55,892 nt of DNA from Acidobacteriota bacterium. GTDB taxonomy: Bacteria > Acidobacteriota > Thermoanaerobaculia > Thermoanaerobaculales > Sulfomarinibacteraceae. The notes below the pieces were generated by a model that was given only the letters and a program-made list of their open reading frames with translations, did not search any database and had not been told where the DNA came from. The stretch is from assembly GCA_013152895.1 (NCBI GenBank), contig JAADFN010000032.1, positions 1-55,892 on the forward strand, given 5' to 3'. The position numbers were made by a program, and so were the translations under genes. Positions 48,262 to 55,892 of the stretch are shown one piece after another (position 1 is the stretch's first letter; every line of letters starts with the position of its first letter).

Positions 48262-48792
48262 TCAGGCAACCACTGACAACGACGCCACGTCTACCTCGAC
48301 GAGGCGTTGCGCCCTGAGAAGTCCGAGCAACACCTGGGCGCGTTGGCCACCCTTGACATACCCGTTAAACATGCCTTCCAATCCCTTCAAGGGTCCCCCC
48401 ATCACCCGCACGCGGCACCCCTTGGACATCGGACGTGCGACGTCTTCATGAATGATAAACCCGCGGTCTCCCTCAAGGTCCCGTAGGCTCATGATGAACG
48501 CCTCGTCGACCATTGCCGGCCGCCCGTCGAAGCTCACTGGCCTGAGCACGCCCGGGCAATACCGTACGGCGTTGAGCTGACGGCCGCTGTCACACCTGAC
48601 GAAGATATACCCTGCAAAGAGAGGAACCGGTCCCTTGGGGGCGCGCAGGTGCCACACCGGCTCGAGAAACAGCGGACAGTACGGAACCACTTCACGCTGC
48701 GCAAGATGTGACACTGCGACCCGCTCCTGTCGTGGCTTCGTCTGGACGACGAGCCAGACCTCACGATCGTCATGGGGGCTCGTCGGCATCAT
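48262..48792 (-). CDS. Operon-specific NusG paralog (RfaH/UpxY-like antiterminator)
   Basis: WLVVQTKPRQE, PLFAGYIFV (NGN), GCRVRVMGGPLKGLEG (KOW); heads the polysaccharide operon. Confidence 0.9.
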   Translation of the reverse strand: MMPTSPHDDREVWLVVQTKPRQERVAVSHLAQREVVPYCPLFLEPVWHLRAPKGPVPLFAGYIFVRCDSGRQLNAVRYCPGVLRPVSFDGRPAMVDEAFIMSLRDLEGDRGFIIHEDVARPMSKGCRVRVMGGPLKGLEGMFNGYVKGGQRAQVLLGLLRAQRLVEVDVASLSVVA

Positions 48793-48869
48793 GGCATCCC
48801 GCCCTGCAGGAAGCAGATGGGTCGTACTACACGCGGACTTACACGGATTTCAACGCTCATCGCGTCCGT

Positions 48870-48898
48870 ATTATGTGTGTGCATCGAACAAGCGTCAA
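48870..48898 (-). promoter_or_regulatory. Sigma70-type promoter for the NusG-paralog/wzc operon
   Basis: Minus strand TTGACG-N17-CATAAT. Confidence 0.65.
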
Positions 48899-49073
48899 GC
48901 GTTTCCAGCGGTACGTTCTCCTGCTTCTCCAGGATTTTTGACACGCTCAAGCGCCTGTGCTAGATTTTGCTTTCGGCCTGAGATCGTCGACAGATCTCGG
49001 CCATATTAATAACTGGAGTTTCTCTGGAGACTTCAACCTCTCCGGAGAGCCGAGCGCCCCGGGAGGCTTTTTC

Positions 49074-49454
49074 ATGGCCGTTATCGATCTTACAAGCGCC
49101 AACATGAACGAGACGATCGAGAACAACGAGATCGTCATCGTAGATTTCTGGGCATCGTGGTGCGGGCCGTGCATGGCTTTCAAGCCCATTTTCCACAAGG
49201 TGTCCGAGAAGCATCCGGAGATTGTTTTTGCGTCCTGCAACACCGAGGAAGAGATGGATCTGGCGGCGATGTTTCAGATTCGCTCCATTCCAACCTTGAT
49301 GATCTTCCGCGAGAAGATTCTCATTTTCGCCCAACCCGGCATGCTGCCCGAAGAGGTGCTCGAGGACCTGATCGGAAAGGTTCTCGCCCTGGACATGGAC
49401 GAGGTCCGGGCCGAAATAGCCAAGCAGGACAAGCAAGAAGCCGCCAACGCCTGA
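49074..49454 (+). CDS. trxA: Thioredoxin
   Basis: VDFWASWCGPC, FQIRSIPTL; GGAGG RBS. Confidence 0.9.
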   Translation: MAVIDLTSANMNETIENNEIVIVDFWASWCGPCMAFKPIFHKVSEKHPEIVFASCNTEEEMDLAAMFQIRSIPTLMIFREKILIFAQPGMLPEEVLEDLIGKVLALDMDEVRAEIAKQDKQEAANA

Positions 49455-49576
49455 CCATCGTTCGCGGCGCACGTTCCTCCACCGCGCCGCCGGCGGCACT
49501 CGCCGAAGGCACGTGGCGACAACGTCCTTTCAGAGCGCCATGCGCCCTGGCCCAGGCGGCGCGGGACAATGGCCCG

Positions 49577-49741
49577 ATGTGCGGACGCTTGACGCTGATG
49601 ATTGGCGGCAAGGCGCTCTGCAAGCTTTTCGGGCTCTCCGGAGAGCTTGAGCTTACCGTGTTTTTGCATCTTCGAGCCGTGTGCCCCCGACGAGATGGAA
49701 GACCGCCCCGTCCCGCGGCTGGCCGACTCTCCCGCAGATGA
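49577..49741 (+). pseudogene. Truncated remnant of an SOS-response-associated peptidase (SRAP/YedK) gene
   Basis: Starts MCGRLTL....ALCKLFGL, resembling the SRAP MCGR(F/Y) N-terminus; similarity is lost after ~26 aa. Confidence 0.5.
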
Positions 49742-49803
49742 GGGATCACCCTGTCTCACGGAGGACGTGGCACAATAGGGGCGTAGAACACGGGAGCACG
49801 ATC

Positions 49804-50157
49804 GTGAAGAAATTGCTTCTCTTCCTCATCGTCGTCTTGATTGGGCTTATCGCATACAACTACGTGAAGACCGGCACACTCCGCATCATCCCCGCCAGGC
49901 CGGCGCCTGCCTCACAGCAGCTTGACCGGCTGACCGCCCGGTTCCACACCCTCGTCCGCGAGTACAACAACGCGGGCCGGGCGGCCGCGATCTCAGGCCT
50001 CGACACATCGTACGACGCGGGCGCCATCCGCTTGAAGATGCTCGCGCTTCAGGAGAACGTCGACGAGCTCGCCCTCAAGCTCACGAATCCCGGGGAAAAA
50101 GAAGACCTTCAGAAGCTTCAGACCCAGATCAAGAGCTTCCTGGCGCAGTTGCAGTAG
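49804..50157 (+). CDS. Hypothetical membrane-anchored helical protein
   Basis: GGGAG RBS + GTG, KKLLLFLIVVLIGLIAY TM, typical codon usage. Confidence 0.7.
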   Translation: MKKLLLFLIVVLIGLIAYNYVKTGTLRIIPARPAPASQQLDRLTARFHTLVREYNNAGRAAAISGLDTSYDAGAIRLKMLALQENVDELALKLTNPGEKEDLQKLQTQIKSFLAQLQ

Positions 50158-50488
50158 CCTGCAACGGCCAGGAGCCCCGGCCCACCGCAGTTCCACGTCC
50201 CCACTCGGACGAACCACCGGGGCCGAGGCACGGCGGCGAGCGCTCTCCACAGGTCCGGACGTGCGGGACGACCCCATCCGGCTCCTCGGCACGTGGCTTC
50301 GCTCGCCCATGGATCCGTAGTTTCGGCAGCGGCATGGGGTTGTCCTGGGAATACCTCCAGCACCGCTCCCATGGCATGGTCCGGTGTTGAGATCGCGGGT
50401 TCCGCCGGCATCGCCGGTGCGTCCCGCGCTTCGCTTCCGGAGACGGTGAGAATTGCGGGCTCGGGTTTCCGGGGTATGATGAGCCGAG

Positions 50489-51601
50489 ATGACGAGCCGG
50501 AATGATTCTCCCGAACGTGTGATCCGCGACAAGATCGCGGACCTGCTCGCGCAGTGCGAGCACTGGAGCGAGCTGCGGAGATACCGGAAGATCCTCGAGG
50601 CGGTGGAACGCGCCCTGCCTACAACGGATGATCTTCCCGAGCTCAGGACCGAGCTGCTGATCTGGAAAGCCCACGCCATGGGCGCGATGGGCATGCCGGA
50701 TCGCGCCTATGCCGCGGCGGCCGGGGCCTGGGAGCTTGAGCCATCCTCCCAGGCGGCTCATCTCATGGCCCTCGCCCTCATCCAGGAGGGTGAGGACGAT
50801 CATGCGGAGGAGATCCTCCGTTTCGGGCTGCAACGGTTTCCCGGCGCAGCGCACCTCGTCTTCCAGCTCGCGCTCCTGATGGCCGAGCAGGGCCGCGTTC
50901 CGGAGGCCATGGACCTCGTCAACGATATCGAGATCGACGCGGGAGAGGAGGATGAGCAGGTTTTCGCGTTACACGTCGGGATTCGGGCGAACCTGCTGGC
51001 GCGTATGGGCCGGTGGGATGAGGCCATGCAAACCATCCAGGGCGGCCTCGAGGCGCATCCCGACATCTTCGAGCTCCGAAGAACGTATGACACTCTCAAG
51101 AAACAACATGATCTTCATCACGCTCGAGATCATCTCGCCACCGTCTGGCAAACGTCCCTGCAACCCCTTCACGAAGCGTCGACAGCCGGGGTCGACGCCT
51201 CCATCGAAACTCTCGGTGTCTCAATGGAGCTCCCCCGCCTGGTGATCCTTGCAGCACAACGCCTCTGGCGGCGGTTTCTCGACGCGGATCCCGTCCAGCC
51301 ACGGGCTCACGAGGCCTGGGCAGCCGCCCTCCTGGCGTCGGTTTTTGTGATCGATGGTGGATCCGCTCCGCTTTCTTTCTTCGCACGCTACGCCGGGACG
51401 AGCTACGAAACGGTCCGCTCCGCATACCGGCGTATCGATACATTCCTCGGCCGGCTACACCCGGAGGAGAGGCTCTGCGCATTCGCCGTCCGCTTGAATC
51501 CGCAGCTCGATCCATCGCACCCCGGCCCTCCAGGAGCCCCGGCCCCCCAAGCAGGTCAGCTCATCCTCTTTCCTCACCATGGAGAAGGGAAAACGTCATG
51601 A
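50489..51601 (+). CDS. TPR-containing protein with a C-terminal helical/HTH-like domain
   Basis: TPR-like helices (AEEILRFGLQRFP, GRVPEAM, GRWDEAM..GLEAHP). Confidence 0.7.
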   Translation: MTSRNDSPERVIRDKIADLLAQCEHWSELRRYRKILEAVERALPTTDDLPELRTELLIWKAHAMGAMGMPDRAYAAAAGAWELEPSSQAAHLMALALIQEGEDDHAEEILRFGLQRFPGAAHLVFQLALLMAEQGRVPEAMDLVNDIEIDAGEEDEQVFALHVGIRANLLARMGRWDEAMQTIQGGLEAHPDIFELRRTYDTLKKQHDLHHARDHLATVWQTSLQPLHEASTAGVDASIETLGVSMELPRLVILAAQRLWRRFLDADPVQPRAHEAWAAALLASVFVIDGGSAPLSFFARYAGTSYETVRSAYRRIDTFLGRLHPEERLCAFAVRLNPQLDPSHPGPPGAPAPQAGQLILFPHHGEGKTS

Positions 51602-52599
51602 AGACAGACCGCGCACCCCTCGTTTCGTTCGTGATGATCCTGTGTCTCGCCAGCCTGGCGCCGGCTGCTCACGCGTATGAGCGCTCCATCAACCAGACGT
51701 GGACCTATCCCGCCAAGGCCGGGAAAAAGGTCATCATCGATGCTGGAGACGTGGACGTCCACGTTCGCGCCGGGGATGTCAACCGCGTTCACGTCACGGC
51801 CCAGCTCAAGATATCCGGGGTCACCGTGACCCGCGCGTTGAGCTGGATCAAGTATCACATGCCCACCATGACGGACCAGGACGATGCGCTGACGATCACC
51901 ATACCCCGCCACAAGGAGGGATTCCTCGGCCTTGGCTACCTGACCGGGAAAGCGCATCTCGGCGTGATTCTCCCCATTTCGATGATTCCGGACATCACCA
52001 CCCGGGGAGGCACCATTGAGCTGTGGGGAGACTTTCCCGGCGCGGATCCGCTGCGCCTCCGGACGGCAACGGGTGCCATTCACGCCGTTGGGGCCGCGGT
52101 GAGCGTCGATGCCCGGTCGGTCTCGGGCGACATTCGCATCGACGTCGTCAGACCCCTGGAGAGCTTTTTCGCCAGGACGGCCGGCGGCGACGTGACATTG
52201 ACCGGTGGCGCCAAGAAGGTACACGTCGACACCGCTTCGGGCGATATCTGGCTCAACGCCCTGTCCGGTCCGGCGAGTATCGTTACATCAAGCGGAAAGG
52301 TCACGTTGCGTTGGGATCGCATCGATCCGAGCGACACCATCAAGGTGCGTGGTACGTCCGGCGACGTCCGTCTTGTACTTCCCAAAGGCGTCAAACCCTC
52401 CGGTCATCTTCGTACCGTGAAGGGAAAGATCAGCACCGATCTCGCCGCGACCATCAGCCCAGACGGCATGAGCGTAACGTTTGAGGGCGCGGGCCCGCTG
52501 CTGGACGTCGAAACTGCTTCCGGCAAGATCGAGCTCGGGGAAAGGGGCGGGGGGTGGGAAATCTCGCCGCCGGCGTTCAGGGCGGGGCGCACCCGGTGA
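51598..52599 (+). CDS. Exported DUF4097-like beta-strand repeat protein
   Basis: Signal peptide; repeats T.SGDI, TAGGDV, TSSGKV, TASGKI. Confidence 0.85.
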   Translation: MKTDRAPLVSFVMILCLASLAPAAHAYERSINQTWTYPAKAGKKVIIDAGDVDVHVRAGDVNRVHVTAQLKISGVTVTRALSWIKYHMPTMTDQDDALTITIPRHKEGFLGLGYLTGKAHLGVILPISMIPDITTRGGTIELWGDFPGADPLRLRTATGAIHAVGAAVSVDARSVSGDIRIDVVRPLESFFARTAGGDVTLTGGAKKVHVDTASGDIWLNALSGPASIVTSSGKVTLRWDRIDPSDTIKVRGTSGDVRLVLPKGVKPSGHLRTVKGKISTDLAATISPDGMSVTFEGAGPLLDVETASGKIELGERGGGWEISPPAFRAGRTR

Positions 52600-52745
52600 T
52601 ACGCTTCGCCCGAAAGGGCGCCGCCAGAACTTTCCACCTCCTCCCAGCGTTTTTCTTCATGTGGGCATGAACCCCGCGCGCCGGAAGCTGCATCAGGGCC
52701 GCAGTGGCCTTTGAAAGAGGGTTTCCGGTGAAAGAGAGGACGGCG

Positions 52746-53459
52746 ATGAGAAAGCACACACTGATGGCAATGATCCTCCTGCTCGCCGGGGCGGCCGGCG
52801 TCAACGCCGCGGCCGGGGAACGTGTGATCAGCGGCACATACCCGGCCAAGGGGCTCGAAGGCATCGAGCTGAACGTCGCCGTCGGCGATGCCAGGATCAC
52901 GGTTGGAAAGCCCGGAATCATCGAGTTTCACGTTCGTCTGACACCGCGCCGCGGTGGCGTCTTCTCCTCCATGGCCGAGGCCCGCAAACAGGTCGATGCC
53001 GCCCGGCTCGACATGACGCCCGCCGGGAAGACGCTCAAGCTTTCGATCCAGTCGAACGGTCAGAATCCAAAGTTCGAAGCCACGTGGAGCATCTCCATCC
53101 CCGCCCGTCTTGGGGTCTCCGTCCGCACCGGCGTCGGCGACGTCATGATCCGAGGCGTGACGGGAGCGGTCAAAGTCAAGGACGGCGTCGGCGATGTCAC
53201 GGTGACAACCCACGGCTCACACGTCACCGTTGATACCGGGGTTGGCGACGTCACGATCCGCGGTGACCTGGCCCGGTTCGGCCGTATCACCGGCGCCGCC
53301 GGCGTCGGCGATGCGACCCTGACGACGCCGAACACGACGATCGATGGGAGCGGCATGGTCGGCAAACGGCTGAGCTGGACCGGCCCAGGGCCCGGCGTGA
53401 TGCGCATCAAGGCCGGCGTCGGCGACGTCGAGATCAGCCTGGTGGTCTCCCCGCACTGA
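52746..53459 (+). CDS. Exported DUF4097-like beta-strand repeat protein
   Basis: Signal peptide; repeated GVGDV motif; GAGAGG RBS. Confidence 0.82.
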   Translation: MRKHTLMAMILLLAGAAGVNAAAGERVISGTYPAKGLEGIELNVAVGDARITVGKPGIIEFHVRLTPRRGGVFSSMAEARKQVDAARLDMTPAGKTLKLSIQSNGQNPKFEATWSISIPARLGVSVRTGVGDVMIRGVTGAVKVKDGVGDVTVTTHGSHVTVDTGVGDVTIRGDLARFGRITGAAGVGDATLTTPNTTIDGSGMVGKRLSWTGPGPGVMRIKAGVGDVEISLVVSPH

Positions 53460-53619
53460 TAGCCCGCATTTCTCCCGCGTTTCCAGCTGCAACCGCAGAA
53501 ACGCGTGCCACCGCGCCGTTTTGGTGGTGCCTTGCTTGAAACGCCACGCGTTGCAGGCAGTCTCCACGCTCTCGCAACGAAAGTGCGCGAGATACGCGGG
53601 CTACCTGGAACGGCCACCG

Positions 53620-55263
53620 TTACGGCTTGAAAACGACAACGTGGAAACCCGTCTGCACCGCGTTTCCCGAAAGATCATAGATCTGCACCAGCAACTTCCC
53701 GCCGACGCTACCGGTGGTGGCAAACCTCGGGGTATTCGAGGCAGTCGTCGGGGTCACCTCGGTCACGTACTGTTGATAGTAATAGGTAACGTTAGCAATT
53801 GTGATTTCATACCTCTTGTACGTGGCGTTCCATGTCGAGCTGACGTTCGGCGTTCCTTTGAAGACCGCGCCATCTTGCTTGATTACGGCATACGCGATCG
53901 GCAGGGACACATGCGCCGTCCCCGCCGAGACCCGCCCGGTCGAATCCACCGTAAAGACATTCTGTGAGCTCCCGTCTTGGACCTGAAGCAGTGTGCTACC
54001 GCCACCCTGCACAAAAAGCGGAATCCCGGACGAGCTTCCGGCCGTGACGCCGTACCCCGAGCTCGAATAGCCCCGGACCCCGGTGCCGCCGGCAGAAGCG
54101 TACCCGTACACGCCGTACATGGCGCCATCAGTGACCCCCTTGATGCCGAATCCAGAACCCGTGTTCTTGACGCTGAAGGCCACACCCGAGCTGCTCACCG
54201 CGCCCGAGTACGGCAGGCTCAGCCCGCCCTCGGCATCGGCAGCCCAGCCGACGGACGATCCGTTGAACTTGAGCACCTGGCCGCTGGACGCACCCGAGCC
54301 GCTGATCTTGGCGGTTGTTACGGCCCCGTTGGCGATCTTCGCGCTCGACACCGAACCATCCGCAAGCTTCGCCGCCGTGATCCCGCCGTTCGCAACTCCG
54401 AGCGGGCTCGACGACGTCCCGTCGCCAGCCAGCGTGCTATCGTGCGCCACCTGTGTCAGCCCCGACCCCGAGCCCTGCGTCAGCTCGTACTCCATCTCCA
54501 GCGTCGACGGATCCTGCGACACCGTGCCGTTGCCAACCATGGAGGCGAACGTCAGCACCTTTCCCGTCCCCGACAGCACCTCAACATCCATCCGCCCGCC
54601 GTCCACCGTCGCGCCGGAGTTGAACGCGTGCAGGCTGACCTGGATCGGCTCGTACGGCGAGAGCGTGTACATCTTCGTCGCGACCGGCACCCCGTCCCGG
54701 TCGTACAGCGTCACCTGGACGTTCGCCGTCCCCCCGGCCGTCTCCACCAGCGCGAAGTTGCTCCGAAAGCTCCCGTCCGCAGGCTGCGTGATCCCAGGAA
54801 TCGACGTCTTCTGACCCGAGCCGATCGCCAGCTCCGACGGCATCGCCGCCACGAACTGCCCCTGCGAGTCCGCCAGCCCGGCCGCCGTCAGGTTGTACGA
54901 GCGCGCCGAGACCACTACCTTGTGGTCGCTCTGGAACCGCAACGCCCCCTTGGCGTCGCTCAACCCGAACAGGTCCTGGAATACGTCCCCGAGCTTCATC
55001 GTCTCGCCCGGATTTACCGTCACCGTCTGGCTCATCGGCGACACGTTCGAATGATCTCTGACGAGGAAGCTCACCGTCACCTGGGCCGCCTGCGTCCCCG
55101 GGTTGTGGATCCACACCGTCGCGTACCACTGCGAGCCGTTCTGCCCGGGTGTCCGCGCCAAAGATGGCTCCCACAGGTCCGTGCCGGGAATTCCAGCCCA
55201 GGCCCCGGCCACCAGGAATACCACCACAACAATCACGACAACGCCTAATACTCTCCCTTTCAT
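53620..55263 (-). CDS. Secreted surface/fibre-like protein: duplicated Ig-like N-terminus, AKIA stalk repeats, GVxG beta-repeats and a divergent C-terminal tip
   Basis: GGAGG RBS, signal peptide, ARTPGQNGSQW..VWIHNPG, FRSNFALVE, ITAAKLADGSVSSAKIANGAVTTAKI, GQVLKFNG, YGVYG/TGVRG/YGVTA. Confidence 0.8.
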   Translation of the reverse strand: MKGRVLGVVVIVVVVFLVAGAWAGIPGTDLWEPSLARTPGQNGSQWYATVWIHNPGTQAAQVTVSFLVRDHSNVSPMSQTVTVNPGETMKLGDVFQDLFGLSDAKGALRFQSDHKVVVSARSYNLTAAGLADSQGQFVAAMPSELAIGSGQKTSIPGITQPADGSFRSNFALVETAGGTANVQVTLYDRDGVPVATKMYTLSPYEPIQVSLHAFNSGATVDGGRMDVEVLSGTGKVLTFASMVGNGTVSQDPSTLEMEYELTQGSGSGLTQVAHDSTLAGDGTSSSPLGVANGGITAAKLADGSVSSAKIANGAVTTAKISGSGASSGQVLKFNGSSVGWAADAEGGLSLPYSGAVSSSGVAFSVKNTGSGFGIKGVTDGAMYGVYGYASAGGTGVRGYSSSGYGVTAGSSSGIPLFVQGGGSTLLQVQDGSSQNVFTVDSTGRVSAGTAHVSLPIAYAVIKQDGAVFKGTPNVSSTWNATYKRYEITIANVTYYYQQYVTEVTPTTASNTPRFATTGSVGGKLLVQIYDLSGNAVQTGFHVVVFKP

Positions 55264-55892
55264 GTTGTCCTCCAGATTTGTTTTGATTGTAATTATGGTC
55301 CTCTCGCGGTGTAATTGCAAGGTCCTGAGGCCGAGGTTGTTGCGCTGTACCCATTTTGGAGGAGGGGGGGTTGTCGTCAATGGCACGGGTTGTCGGCTTC
55401 GCGTGTGACCTCCGTGGTGAAATCCCGCGCCTTCGCGCCTCGGCGTCGCCTTCTCTCCGATCGATGGAAATCCGCAAAATCCGTGACCTCCACTTGTCTC
55501 CGGGTTTGGCGCTCCCCCACCCGGATCCTTCGCCACGGGCCGATGGCCCTTCGCTCTCGACGAACAAGCATTTCCGGTCAACGGGGAATGTCGTGTATGT
55601 CACTGTCATCGCACGCCTTGCTGAGGCCACCCCCCCCTTGTTCATCCGCAGACGTGGTACTGCTCGTGGGGCATGACGGTGCTCAGGATGACAGGCTGAG
55701 GAGAGGCCTCCGGCTCCTCCGAGTGAAGGGACACGCCTCCGGCTCATCAGCGGCCGCAGGGCGTCGGATGCCACCGCTCATCTTTGCGAGCGGCGGGTGT
55801 CTCGCCCGCCCGGCGGAGAGAGCTCACATTACGTGCTGGGCCGAAAAGCCTGTTCCCCCACCCAGGCGGCGGGACCCCTGCCGCTACCAAGG

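Noticed and set aside
48088-48900. ops/JUMPstart element for the NusG paralog
   Set aside because: No GGCGGTAG-type match was seen on the coding strand.
49038-49646. Palindrome CTCTCCGGAGAG present twice around trxA
   Set aside because: Short and GC-rich, with one copy inside a gene remnant; no further support.
55381-55396. TGGCACG as a sigma54 promoter
   Set aside because: No GC at -12, and it points away from the adjacent gene.
1-55892. CRISPR arrays, tRNA/rRNA genes, transposases, integrases
   Set aside because: None recognised by eye; the only spaced repeat (18-92) has two units and an 11-bp variable core.

Overview
GC-rich bacterial chromosomal window. Gene content (an IPTL-CTERM protein, a Ser/Thr kinase with TolB-like repeats, and the duplicated Ig-like surface-protein family at 53.6-55.3 kb) suggests Acidobacteriota, possibly Thermoanaerobaculia; this is an inference. 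Order: glycogen phosphorylase; a LuxR-associated island with two convergent C39/papain-like peptidase operons that share an identical 21-bp palindromic box; a ~28 kb extracellular-electron-transfer-like locus (10.3-38.0 kb); an FAD dehydrogenase; a Ser/Thr kinase; a NusG-paralog/wzc/rfbA polysaccharide operon; thioredoxin; TPR and DUF4097 genes; and a mosaic surface fibre protein. The central locus encodes seven multiheme cytochromes c (59 CXXCH motifs by manual count plus 3 longer-spaced motifs), three of them with the motif pattern of the Geobacter nanowire cytochrome OmcE. It also encodes a PpiC-type chaperone, a predicted outer-membrane beta-barrel, NHL beta-propeller lipoproteins, a heme-c-carrying sensor kinase with a sigma54 activator, four sigma54-type promoters, three copies of a paired 16-bp dyad with constant 31-bp period, and a complete Cys-type (System I*) ccm operon. 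One ORF appears to be a natural polyprotein: an internal IPTL-CTERM sorting signal runs directly into a second signal peptide and a pentaheme cytochrome. No rRNA, tRNA, CRISPR array or transposase was recognised. All family calls are from motif reading without database searches.
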